Below, one piece after another: positions 40,861 through 49,478 of a DNA stretch of 64,000 nt. Source of the stretch: an uncultured Syntrophobacteraceae bacterium (GTDB lineage: Bacteria > Desulfobacterota > Syntrophobacteria > Syntrophobacterales > Syntrophobacteraceae). The DNA is taken from assembly GCA_964407285.1 (NCBI GenBank), contig CAYOVG010000003.1, positions 40 through 64,039 of the forward strand, read 5' to 3'. Every line of letters starts with the position of its first letter. Position 1 is the first letter of the stretch. Position numbers and translations under genes: made by a program. The notes below the pieces were generated by a model. It did no database searches, was not told the DNA's origin, and worked only from the letters and a program-made list of their open reading frames with translations.

Positions 40861-40972
40861 TACTGAAATAAATCAAGAATTACAATTGGTTATTGAGTAA
40901 TTAACATAATGCAAACGAATATCAATGTATGCCGGTATGAGCTGTTCATTTCACGGAAAAGGAGAATAAGCA

Positions 40973-42022
40973 ATGAGGAAAGGTTTTGCCGGTTCGTCAA
41001 TTGCCGCAGTGCTGCTGCTCGTGATCTTTTTCTGTCCGGTGACGGTTCCAGCCGCGGACATCACGGGAGCGGGGGCCACGTTTCCTTATCCCCTCTATTC
41101 CAAGTGGGCGGAAGCCTACAAAGAGCAAACGGGTGTCGGATTGAATTACCAGTCCATCGGTTCCGGGGGCGGAATCAAGCAGATAGAGGCAGGGACCGTT
41201 GACTTCGGGGCTTCCGATATGCCCCTGAAATCCGAGGAACTCGAGCAGAAAGGCCTTATCCAGTTCCCGGCGGTGATCGGGGGTGTTGTGCCGGTGGTCA
41301 ACATTCCGGATGTCGATCCCGGCGAATTGCGGCTCACGGGTGATTTGCTGGCGAAAATCTATCTCGGCGACATAAAGAAATGGAATGATCCAGCCATTGG
41401 CGAATTGAACCCGGACGTAAAACTTCCCGACCTTCCGATTACGGTGGTTCACAGGTCCGACGGATCGGGCACGACCTTCATCTTCACGAACTACCTCGCA
41501 AAAGTCAGCGAAACCTGGAAAGACAAAGTCGGCACTAATGTCTCGGTCAACTGGCCCACCGGTGTGGGAGGGAAAGGAAACGAAGGGGTGGCCTCCTACG
41601 TCCAGCGGATCAAAGGCAGCATCGGGTATGTGGAATACGCCTACGCACAACAAAACAAAATGGCCTATGCCCTGCTGAAGAACCGGGAGGGCCGGTTCGT
41701 CAAGCCGGACGCCGAATCTTTCCAAACCGCGGCTGCGGGCGCCGACTGGGAAAAGGCGAAAGGGTACTACGAGATACTGACCAATGAACCGGGCAAGTCC
41801 AGTTGGCCGATTACGGGGGCGACTTTCATACTGATGCACAAGAAACCGCAAGATCCGGCGCGGGCCAGGCAGGTGCTGGACTTCTTCGATTGGGCGTATA
41901 AAAACGGAGACGATCTGGCGCTTGGTCTCGACTATATCCCGATGCCCGACAAAGTGGTCAACATGGTGGAGCAATCGTGGACCCAGGTCGAAGATGCAGG
42001 TGGGAATCCGGTTTGGAAGTGA
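40973..42022 (+). CDS. pstS: Phosphate ABC transporter substrate-binding protein PstS
   Basis: Signal peptide, then TGAGATFPYPLYSKWA, YQSIGSGGG, FGASD and HRSDGSGTTFIFTNYL. Confidence 0.92.
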   Translation: MRKGFAGSSIAAVLLLVIFFCPVTVPAADITGAGATFPYPLYSKWAEAYKEQTGVGLNYQSIGSGGGIKQIEAGTVDFGASDMPLKSEELEQKGLIQFPAVIGGVVPVVNIPDVDPGELRLTGDLLAKIYLGDIKKWNDPAIGELNPDVKLPDLPITVVHRSDGSGTTFIFTNYLAKVSETWKDKVGTNVSVNWPTGVGGKGNEGVASYVQRIKGSIGYVEYAYAQQNKMAYALLKNREGRFVKPDAESFQTAAAGADWEKAKGYYEILTNEPGKSSWPITGATFILMHKKPQDPARARQVLDFFDWAYKNGDDLALGLDYIPMPDKVVNMVEQSWTQVEDAGGNPVWK

Positions 42023-42075
42023 GTTGCGGGCTTCGCGTTGCGGGTTACGAGTTGCCGTTCTGAGAACTCGTAGAC
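42022..42075. repeat. Degenerate GTTGCGG-type repeat plus a 7-bp hairpin, immediately after the pstS stop
   Basis: gagttgcgggcttcgcgttgcgggttacgagttgccgttctgagaactcgt, with stem acgagtt/aactcgt. Related to the heptamer array at 16701-16731. Confidence 0.6.
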
Positions 42076-42295
42076 TGTTAACGTAAATCGCATTGCCGGT
42101 GCAGGGATCGAAGGACATACCGGAAGTGGAAAAACGGCAGGGCGGTGCTTCGCACTGCCGAATCGGGATATTCGACCCATGCAAGTCTATTGTTTCCGAC
42201 AAGGTTCCTTGTTCCTGCGATGGTATGAATCCATAGTCGCCGTACACCCGTGGCGCATCGTTGCTCGAAGATGCGCCACGGAAACGGCAATCGTA

Positions 42296-43330
42296 ATGGA
42301 AAAGAGGCGTGATTTGAACGACGGGGAAGAGACGATTAAATTCGATAGAGTAGACAGCAGAGAGGCGGTGTCGAGACGGGTTTCGGCGGCTCGCATCAGG
42401 CGGCAGGAAACAGTCGATCTGCTGTTCGGAAATACGACCAGGTTCTTCGCGTTCTTTGTTTTCCTGCTTCTGGCGGGCATAGTCGTTTCCTTAATTGTGG
42501 GGGCCCTTCCCGCCATTCGCAGGTTCGGTCTCGAGTTTCTGGTGAGCGCCACGTGGAACCCGGTTACGGAGGAATTCGGCGCTCTTGTTCCGATTGTAGG
42601 GACTTTGCTGACTTCAGTTATCGCGCTTCTCATCGGGGTGCCGGTAAGCTTCGGGATCGCCCTATTTCTGACTGAACTGTCCCCCGTATGGCTGAGGCGG
42701 CCTTTGGGAACGGCTATCGAGCTTCTGGCGGGCATTCCCAGCATCATTTACGGGATGTGGGGCCTGTTCGTCTTTGCGCCGATGTTCGCCGAATATGTGG
42801 AGCCTTGGATCATCGATAATTTGGGAGGACTGCCCCTGGTGGGCGCGCTGTTCCGGGGGCCGCCGATCGGGGTCGGCATCCTGACGGCGGGCATTATACT
42901 GGCAATCATGATCATTCCATTCATCGCTTCGGTAATGCGAGACGTTTTCGAGACCGTGCCGGCCCTTCTCAAGGAATCGGCATACGGGCTGGGCGCTACT
43001 ACCTGGGAGGTGGTATCGCGTATTGTTCTTCCCTACACGAAGGTGGGCGTTGTCGGGGGCATCATGCTCGGGCTGGGAAGGGCGTTGGGGGAAACGATGG
43101 CGGTCACGTTCGTGATCGGCAACGCTCACGAGTTGCACGCCTCGCTCCTTATGCCGGGTAACAGCATCGCTTCTACTCTGGCCAACGAGTTCACCGAGGC
43201 GGTCGGCAAGATCTATTCGTCCGCTCTCATCGAGTTGGGGCTCATACTTTTCTTCATCGCTTTTGTCGTTCTTTCACTGGCCAGGCTGATGCTGATGCGG
43301 ATGTCGCGCCGTGAAGGGAAACAGACCTGA
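42296..43330 (+). CDS. pstC: Phosphate ABC transporter permease PstC
   Basis: Multi-TM permease with the EAA-like loop ([20 protein letters not shown]). Likely start is ATG 42296 (MEKRRDL). Confidence 0.9.
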   Translation: MEKRRDLNDGEETIKFDRVDSREAVSRRVSAARIRRQETVDLLFGNTTRFFAFFVFLLLAGIVVSLIVGALPAIRRFGLEFLVSATWNPVTEEFGALVPIVGTLLTSVIALLIGVPVSFGIALFLTELSPVWLRRPLGTAIELLAGIPSIIYGMWGLFVFAPMFAEYVEPWIIDNLGGLPLVGALFRGPPIGVGILTAGIILAIMIIPFIASVMRDVFETVPALLKESAYGLGATTWEVVSRIVLPYTKVGVVGGIMLGLGRALGETMAVTFVIGNAHELHASLLMPGNSIASTLANEFTEAVGKIYSSALIELGLILFFIAFVVLSLARLMLMRMSRREGKQT

Positions 43331-44189
43331 GGATCACCCTGTGATGATCTCACTCTACACGCGCCGCCGGCTTACAAATGCGATAAGCCTCACGGCCTCC
43401 GTCGTCACGATGCTGTTCGGCCTCTTTTGGCTGGCATGGATACTCTGGACGCTGTTCCGGCAAGGGATTCCGGGCTTGAGCCCGACGATCTTCACGCAGA
43501 TGACGCCGCCTCCGGGAAGCAGCGGGGGACTTCTGAACGCCATCGCCGGCAGTTTTGCGATGACGATGCTCGCATCGCTGCTGGGAACACCTGTAGGGAT
43601 TCTCGCCGGAATCTATCTCGGGGAGTACGGACACCGGGGTTGGCTCGCGCCCGTGACCCGGTTCATCAACGATATTCTCCTCAGCGCGCCGTCAATCATC
43701 ATAGGGTTGTTTATCTACGAGATATACGTCGTGCAGGTAGGGCACTTCTCAGGCCTGGCCGGTTCCTTTGCCCTCGGGCTCATCGTAATCCCCATTGTGG
43801 TGCGGACAACGGAAAACATGCTGAGGCTCGTGCCCAACAGCATGCGTGAAGCCGCCGCCGCGCTCGGCGCGCCGAAGTGGAAGGTGATCACCCTTGTGAC
43901 CCTGAAGGCCTCGCTCGCCGGAATCATGACCGGTATCCTGCTCGCCGTCGCCCGGATCAGCGGGGAGACCGCGCCGCTGCTCTTCACCGCACTGAACAAC
44001 CAGTTCTGGAGCGCGGACATCACTCAGCCCATGGCGAACCTTCCCGTGGTGATTTTTCAATTCGCCATGAGTCCCTACGAAGACTGGCACAGACTGGCGT
44101 GGGCCGGCGCTCTATTGATAACGCTGGCCGTTCTCGGCCTCAATATCCTCGCGCGTCTCCTCTTTCGAAAATCGAAAGCGTCGCGCTGA
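43311..44189 (+). CDS. pstA: Phosphate ABC transporter permease PstA
   Basis: Multi-TM permease with the EAA loop [20 protein letters not shown]. It follows pstC with a 20-nt overlap. Confidence 0.9.
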   Translation: MKGNRPEDHPVMISLYTRRRLTNAISLTASVVTMLFGLFWLAWILWTLFRQGIPGLSPTIFTQMTPPPGSSGGLLNAIAGSFAMTMLASLLGTPVGILAGIYLGEYGHRGWLAPVTRFINDILLSAPSIIIGLFIYEIYVVQVGHFSGLAGSFALGLIVIPIVVRTTENMLRLVPNSMREAAAALGAPKWKVITLVTLKASLAGIMTGILLAVARISGETAPLLFTALNNQFWSADITQPMANLPVVIFQFAMSPYEDWHRLAWAGALLITLAVLGLNILARLLFRKSKASR

Positions 44190-44212
44190 ACTTCCACTCA
44201 AATGCATGGAAC

Positions 44213-44986
44213 ATGATGAACGAACCGACATTCAAACCGAAAATCGTCATTCGGAACCTCGACTTTTTCTATGGTGAATTTCATGCGCTGAAAGACATCG
44301 GCTTCGAGGTCCCCGAGCACCGTGTGACCGCATTTATCGGCGCATCCGGGTGCGGCAAGTCGACTCTATTGCGTACGTTCAACAGGATCTACGAGTTGTA
44401 TCCCAGGCACAGAGCCACGGGTGAAATCCTCATGGACAACGTCAATATCCTCGATGGAAATCAAAACGTCAACGAGTTGAGGGCCCGGGTCGGCATGGTG
44501 TTCCAGCAGCCCATGCCCTTTCCGATGTCCATCTTCGACAATATCGCCTTCGGGGTGAAACTCTACGAAAACCTCAAGCGGGGTGAGATGGCGGAGCGGG
44601 TGGAATGGGCGCTTCGGAAGGCCGCTCTTTGGGACGAGGTGAAAGATGTGCTGAACCGGAGCGGCAACAGTCTCTCCGGAGGTCAGCAGCAACGCCTGTG
44701 CATCGCGCGGGTCATTGCCGTCAAACCCGAGGTCGTGCTCCTCGATGAACCCGCTTCCGCGCTGGACCCGATTTCCACGGCGCGGATCGAAGAACTCATC
44801 GATGAACTCAAGAACGACTACACTATCGTGATCGTGACTCATAACATGCAGCAGGCGGCCCGGGTTTCCGACTTCACGGCCTACATGTACCTCGGGGAAC
44901 TGATAGAGTTCGGGCCGACGGACTTGATATTCCACAGACCTCGGAAGAAAGCCACCGAAGATTATATTACGGGGAGATTCGGCTAG
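44213..44986 (+). CDS. pstB: Phosphate ABC transporter ATP-binding protein PstB
   Basis: Motifs: Walker [10 protein letters not shown], signature LSGGQQQR, Walker [13 protein letters not shown] and H-loop VTHNMQQA. Likely start is ATG 44213 ([10 protein letters not shown]). Confidence 0.95.
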   Translation: MMNEPTFKPKIVIRNLDFFYGEFHALKDIGFEVPEHRVTAFIGASGCGKSTLLRTFNRIYELYPRHRATGEILMDNVNILDGNQNVNELRARVGMVFQQPMPFPMSIFDNIAFGVKLYENLKRGEMAERVEWALRKAALWDEVKDVLNRSGNSLSGGQQQRLCIARVIAVKPEVVLLDEPASALDPISTARIEELIDELKNDYTIVIVTHNMQQAARVSDFTAYMYLGELIEFGPTDLIFHRPRKKATEDYITGRFG

Positions 44987-44997
44987 CGCGCGACCGT

Positions 44998-45018
44998 GGA
45001 AGGGCGCGCGCCCTCTTC
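44998..45018 (+). terminator. GC-rich hairpin directly after pstB (possible terminator; no clear U-tract)
   Basis: ggaagggcgcgcgccctcttc forms a stem gaagggcgc/gcgccct(c)ttc with one bulge. It lies 12 nt after the pstB stop. Confidence 0.3.
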
Positions 45019-45019
45019 G

Positions 45020-45095
45020 ACAGGATTGACAGGCTCTGAATGTGCATTCGATCGATTCCCAATCCTGTTGATCCCGTACATCCTGTCAATCCTGT
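45020..45095. repeat. Perfect 14-bp inverted repeat (acaggattgacagg / cctgtcaatcctgt) around a 48-nt spacer
   Basis: Left arm 45020-45033, right arm 45082-45095, exact reverse complements. The spacer holds smaller palindromes (gaatgtgcattc, tcgatcga). The aatcctgt motif recurs at 61395-61430. Confidence 0.7.
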
Positions 45096-45203
45096 CTTAA
45101 GACCGGTACCCTTCAGATAATTCCATATGTTATAATAGATATGGACAGGAATCACGAATGGTGTTTTCGAGGCAAACGAATAATGCCCGGGGAGATGTGA
45201 GAC

Positions 45204-45614
45204 ATGAAAGCCGTAACAGTTTTATCCGCGGTGTTGGTTTTTGTTGTTCTTTGTGCGTCACCGGCCGTTGCCGGGCGAGGATGGGACCCGTCGCATCGAG
45301 GGGGCTATGTCGATTCCGGCGATGAGTTTGAAAGCGGTGTGGGTGAAGTCGCTCCGGGCGACCCGGATGCCTATCCGGTAGACGATTATCCGGGTGTCGC
45401 GCAGGATTACCCGGATGTAGTGCGAAACTATCCCGTTGTCGCCGGAGATTCCCTGAATACGACGGGTCCCATGCAGTTCACCACGGGCAATAGCCCGGCC
45501 ACAACGGGACCCATGCAATTCACGACGGGACCCTTGCGGTCGACCACCACTGACCGGCCCGCCGGCGGATTTCACCATGGAAGACGGTCCTTCGGCGAAC
45601 ACTTCAAACGTTAG
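45204..45614 (+). CDS. Secreted protein with internal short repeats
   Basis: Signal peptide MKAVTVLSAVLVFVVLCASPAVA; repeated TTGPMQFTTG units and DYP/NYP repeats. Confidence 0.5.
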   Translation: MKAVTVLSAVLVFVVLCASPAVAGRGWDPSHRGGYVDSGDEFESGVGEVAPGDPDAYPVDDYPGVAQDYPDVVRNYPVVAGDSLNTTGPMQFTTGNSPATTGPMQFTTGPLRSTTTDRPAGGFHHGRRSFGEHFKR

Positions 45615-46036
45615 GTTCTGCTGCGCACGGCGTGCACAATCCCGGTAAACCGTGCCGATAATCGGATGCTGCCGGATCTCTCCAATTTTTCGACCGCGGC
45701 CGGCGCACATTGCCGGCCGCTCAGCGGTATCTTCATTTTCTCGTGATTCATGCTTATAATATCCGGATAATACCCAAGGACGTGAAAGCCGATGCCCCCA
45801 ATTTGCGAGGAGCCGTAGAGCGTAGCCTTTTCAATGCAGGAGGAGCGCGGATGCCCTGGAAGGAATGTCGTTGACTTGCATTGTGCGGAATGCGACATGG
45901 GATTGCTGTTCGTGGTCGAAGCGTCCGATTCGAAGACCGGTCGGACCCTGAGGGCATTTGCCCAAAATGCACCCGATGGCAGGGAGAGACCGGCGGTGCG
46001 GAGGGGTTCAATACCGAATATGGAGGACGAACGAAA

Positions 46037-47200
46037 ATGTCGGAACGAGTCGGAGTGCCCTGTCTGAAGAGTGGAGAGGCAAATTCAGGCCATCCCGAGG
46101 GGACGCCCAATCCGGCTGATAGCTCCATCGATAGCCTGGCTTTCTGTAAATTCGTAATCAATAGCGTGCCGATCGGGATCATTTCCATGGATTCCGACTT
46201 CAGGATTACCGAATTCAACCATTGGGCCGGGAAAGTGACGGGCTATACCCCGGAACAAGCGATAGGCCATAGGTGTTGTGACATTTTGCAGAGTGAAATG
46301 TGCGAAGGTTCCTGTCCTTTGAAAACAGTTCTGAACCAGGCAAAAGCGACTGTATCCGGCAGGACGACCATACGCAACAGGGAGGGAATGCGCGTCCCCG
46401 TTCAGTTCGACGCTGCTGCTCTCTTTGGCGCCGAAGGCAGGCTCATCGGAGGAGTCGAAGCCTTCATGGATATAACGAAACTGATTGCCCTGGAGCGGGA
46501 GAGAGCGGACTTCATCGCGATGCTCGCTCATGACATGAGGTCTTCATTAACGGGGATCCACGGACTCGGGCTCAGGCTGTTGAGAAAGCTCGACAACCTG
46601 GATAAGGGACAGGAGAGGCAGTACATAGAGATCATCACCAGGGAGGCCGCAAAGCTGGAGTCATTGATCGATGACTTTCTCGATTATTCCCGGATTGAAG
46701 CGGGCAGGCTCAAGCTCAATCTCAGAGCGACTTCCCTCGATAAAGAACTCGAAGAGATTTTTGACACATACAAGCTCAAGGCGGCCCAGAGAGGCATCGT
46801 GCTCGATCTGCAGATAGAAGATATTCTGCCGGTTGTAGAGGCTGATACCAACAGGCTGCGCAGGGTCTTTACGAATCTCTTGGATAATGCCGTCAAGTTT
46901 TCGAGAGAGGAAGGGGTTGTCACGATCACCGCCCAGGAGAAGGATCGGGAGGTCGTGGTGATGATAACCGATGAGGGCATCGGAATAGATCCCGAGGATC
47001 TCCCCCATATTTTCGACGTCTTCCATAGGGGAAAGACGACGGGCGGGGTAGAGGGACACGGACTGGGACTGGCTACTGTCAAGGCCATTGTGGAAGGGCA
47101 TGGCGGGCGTATCGTGGTCACCAGTCAGCCCAATAAGGGCTCGACGTTTACCATATTTCTTCCCAAACGGGAAGAGGGGCCGCCCCGCTTCGATTCCTGA
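46037..47200 (+). CDS. Cytoplasmic PAS-domain sensor histidine kinase (orphan; no response regulator adjacent)
   Basis: GGAGGA lies 9 nt upstream of ATG 46037. It has a PAS (PIGIISMDSDFRITEFNHWAGKVTGYTPEQAIG) with a Cys cluster, the H-box AMLAHDMRSSLTG, the N-box NLLDNAVKF, and the G-boxes DEGIGI / GHGLGLATV. Confidence 0.85.
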   Translation: MSERVGVPCLKSGEANSGHPEGTPNPADSSIDSLAFCKFVINSVPIGIISMDSDFRITEFNHWAGKVTGYTPEQAIGHRCCDILQSEMCEGSCPLKTVLNQAKATVSGRTTIRNREGMRVPVQFDAAALFGAEGRLIGGVEAFMDITKLIALERERADFIAMLAHDMRSSLTGIHGLGLRLLRKLDNLDKGQERQYIEIITREAAKLESLIDDFLDYSRIEAGRLKLNLRATSLDKELEEIFDTYKLKAAQRGIVLDLQIEDILPVVEADTNRLRRVFTNLLDNAVKFSREEGVVTITAQEKDREVVVMITDEGIGIDPEDLPHIFDVFHRGKTTGGVEGHGLGLATVKAIVEGHGGRIVVTSQPNKGSTFTIFLPKREEGPPRFDS

Positions 47201-47266
47201 GATGCTCGCAGCACATGTGCTTGCGGAAGACGTAGGGGCGCCGCGATGCTTTCTTCCTTGTATACG

Positions 47267-47539
47267 CTATTCCAAATCCGGAAGCTCCTCCCGAGGAATG
47301 AGGAGCCTTATCGTGCGAGGCTGATTCGGCACTCTTGAAATAAAGCCCTTTTGCTCGAGCTGCAGCACCATGCTGTGAACAGATGGAGGCGTGGTCTTGA
47401 AATATCTCTGCATGTCCGCTTCCGCCGGTGGAATACCGTTCAATTTGGTGTAGTAGTGGATGAACGCCAGGTATTGGCCCTGTTTGCGCGTGTATGGAGA
47501 TCTTTGCTTTCGGTTCGCGTCGTGAATATCCGTCTTCAT
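47267..47539 (-). CDS. Small winged-helix DNA-binding protein resembling the LexA N-terminal domain; last gene of the RAMP operon
   Basis: 90 aa. YTRKQGQYLAFIHYYTKLNGIPPAEADMQRYFKTTPPSVHSMVLQLEQKGFISR parallels the LexA DNA-binding domain pattern (LT.RQ..vL.FI..y....G.pPt..EIa..lg..S.s.V..HL.aLe.KGyI.R). It starts 15 nt after the Cas6-like stop. Confidence 0.65.
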   Translation of the reverse strand: MKTDIHDANRKQRSPYTRKQGQYLAFIHYYTKLNGIPPAEADMQRYFKTTPPSVHSMVLQLEQKGFISRVPNQPRTIRLLIPREELPDLE

Positions 47540-47554
47540 AATCAGCCCTTATAA

Positions 47555-48619
47555 TCAGCTCAGCGAAAACGTTCCGCATCCGAGGTGGGTGTACCTCCCG
47601 ATGTGGAGGATGGATGCGAGTTCCAGCCACGGGATGATCTGCGGAGCAATGGGGGCGAAGACCCCTTTGCCCGCCCATCGGCCCGGAGTGCCGGTCTGAT
47701 TGGCCTCCATGTCCTTGAAGAGCAACGGGGTCCGGACGGCCAGGTCCATGGCCTCCCGGAGGGACGCTCTGCCCTCCTCGTCGAGAATGTTCCACAGGGC
47801 GTCGGCCGCCTTTTTGCCTCGCGCAAGGAAGACCAGGCGCCTCTCCACGGCTTCCAGGATGGCTTCCAGCGAGAAATCGGGGATTTCCCGGCCATCATAT
47901 CCTCGCTGCCTATGCAGAGGCGGGCCGGAATCCGCGTCCGCCTGTTCTCCCGAAATACCGGGTTGGGCCTCGAATTCAAAGGACGTGAGCCACGACAGCC
48001 GCTGCGGAGGGGCCGCCGAACCGGCCTCGAACGCCAACCCCCGCGCCCACTGCGATGTATCGGCCCGGTAACCCAGGTCCAACCGGCCGTCGCTCACCAC
48101 CGGCTCCCAGCATGGCCCTCGCGCCGCATAGACGGCATGAACGTCGAATCGGCCCCATATCCCGCCCGAGCGGCTCCACCGGGAATCCGTCGTGAAGCTC
48201 GCTTCCTCCATGGCGGGCAGCAGGGTTTCGAGGAAGAATCCATGGTCCGCCGCGTCTCCCATCACCTTGAGTTCCCAGAAGACCAGTTCTCCGAACCCGT
48301 AGGTCCGCTTTCCGGGATAGGGAAAGAGCACGACGTCGGCGGGCCACGATACGTCGGGAAATTCCCGCTTCATGCGCGGCGATCCCTTTTTTCCCTTCTT
48401 CGAATGATCGGGATTGGGGTCATCGAAATACGCGTCCCAGGGGGCGAGGGCCTTCTTCCAGCGTCCGGACTCCCTGGACGGGAGGCGGTCCGCGATGATC
48501 GAGCCGAGGACCCTCGACAGTTCGACCGAGAAGTTCTCCGGCAAGAACACGTAGGCGCCGTTTATCCTCCACACGATGAGGTAGCGGATGAGCCTAATCT
48601 TCCTGAATGAGGCGTGCAT
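47555..48619 (-). CDS. Cas6-like RAMP protein (resembles the Cas6 family formerly called DUF2276)
   Basis: 354 aa. The C-terminal glycine-rich loop LELASILHIGRYTHLGCGTFSLS is the Cas6/RAMP signature (HiGk.tsfGlG). The N-terminal half has FGELVFWELKVMGDAADHGFFLETLLPAMEEA and GGIWGRFDVHAV, matching the first ferredoxin-like fold of that family. It overlaps the upstream gene by 26 nt. Confidence 0.7.
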   Translation of the reverse strand: MHASFRKIRLIRYLIVWRINGAYVFLPENFSVELSRVLGSIIADRLPSRESGRWKKALAPWDAYFDDPNPDHSKKGKKGSPRMKREFPDVSWPADVVLFPYPGKRTYGFGELVFWELKVMGDAADHGFFLETLLPAMEEASFTTDSRWSRSGGIWGRFDVHAVYAARGPCWEPVVSDGRLDLGYRADTSQWARGLAFEAGSAAPPQRLSWLTSFEFEAQPGISGEQADADSGPPLHRQRGYDGREIPDFSLEAILEAVERRLVFLARGKKAADALWNILDEEGRASLREAMDLAVRTPLLFKDMEANQTGTPGRWAGKGVFAPIAPQIIPWLELASILHIGRYTHLGCGTFSLS

Positions 48620-49478
48620 AATCGAGAAGCTCGTGAAATAGTTTGATCCGGTTCTTGGGCCATTCCCGCACCTTCCAGGCCGTCAGCATGTCCCTGGTCC
48701 GCTGCTCGAGCCTTCCCAGAAAGCGGCCCCAGTAGAACTGGGTCTGCTTCTTATCCTTCAGGTTGAGCAGGTCGAACAGCTCCTGCTGCTCGTCGGGATG
48801 GAGCAGAGCCCGGAAGATCTCCGCCGTCTCCAGGAGACCGAGGAAGTCGGACACCTCGAAGCTGAGCATTCCCTTCTGATCGCGGGTACGGGGGTCCAGC
48901 AACTGGTACGGACTCGAAAAAAAACGTACGTGCATGCTCCCCATCGGGATGTACAGGTCCCGATGGACGGCCAGGGTGAGCACATCGCCCATGCACGTTC
49001 TCGTGCCGGCCCCCATGGTCGGGAAGATCTGCAAAATCCCCCGCAACTCCAGCCCGTAGTAGACGATGAGGTCCTGCAGCCACACTCTCACTTCCCGGCG
49101 GTGCATCATGACGAGAAAATGGTTGGCGTCGTGAATATAGACACCCTGGAGCCGCCCGCCCCGGTCCCCGCCGCCCCACTGGAGCACCTCCTCGGGCAAC
49201 TGGGTGACGAACCCCCAGATGAGCGCCGCGTTGCGGGAGATATGGGAGAGATTGGCCGTCCGCTGAAGAATCTGCCCGCACTCCCTGCAGTACAGCTCCC
49301 CCTCCCCGGTGCGGGGATAGATCCAGCACCGCGCGCACGGCCCCAGGGTAGCGGAATGGGGCGCTCCGATGTCGCCGGCGGCGGCCGGAAAATCGGGGTT
49401 TTCCGACAGGCGCCTCATTGTGGCCAGGAGTTCCGTACCCGTCCGGCAGCGGCGTAGCCAATCAAATCTGCTGAGCAT
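48594..49478 (-). CDS. Zinc-ribbon protein of unknown function, middle gene of the RAMP operon
   Basis: 294 aa. CARCWIYPRTGEGELYCRECG (CxxC-x12-CxxC) sits at aa 48-68. The rest is mixed alpha/beta-looking with no motif I recognise. It is translationally coupled on both sides (17-nt and 26-nt overlaps). Confidence 0.65.
   Translation of the reverse strand: MLSRFDWLRRCRTGTELLATMRRLSENPDFPAAAGDIGAPHSATLGPCARCWIYPRTGEGELYCRECGQILQRTANLSHISRNAALIWGFVTQLPEEVLQWGGGDRGGRLQGVYIHDANHFLVMMHRREVRVWLQDLIVYYGLELRGILQIFPTMGAGTRTCMGDVLTLAVHRDLYIPMGSMHVRFFSSPYQLLDPRTRDQKGMLSFEVSDFLGLLETAEIFRALLHPDEQQELFDLLNLKDKKQTQFYWGRFLGRLEQRTRDMLTAWKVREWPKNRIKLFHELLDYARLIQED

Noticed and set aside
47206-47228. Imperfect hairpin (gcagcac-atgt-gcttgc) between the convergent kinase and wHTH genes as a bidirectional terminator
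   Set aside because: The stem has a bulge and there is no flanking U/A tract. It is plausible but too weak to annotate.
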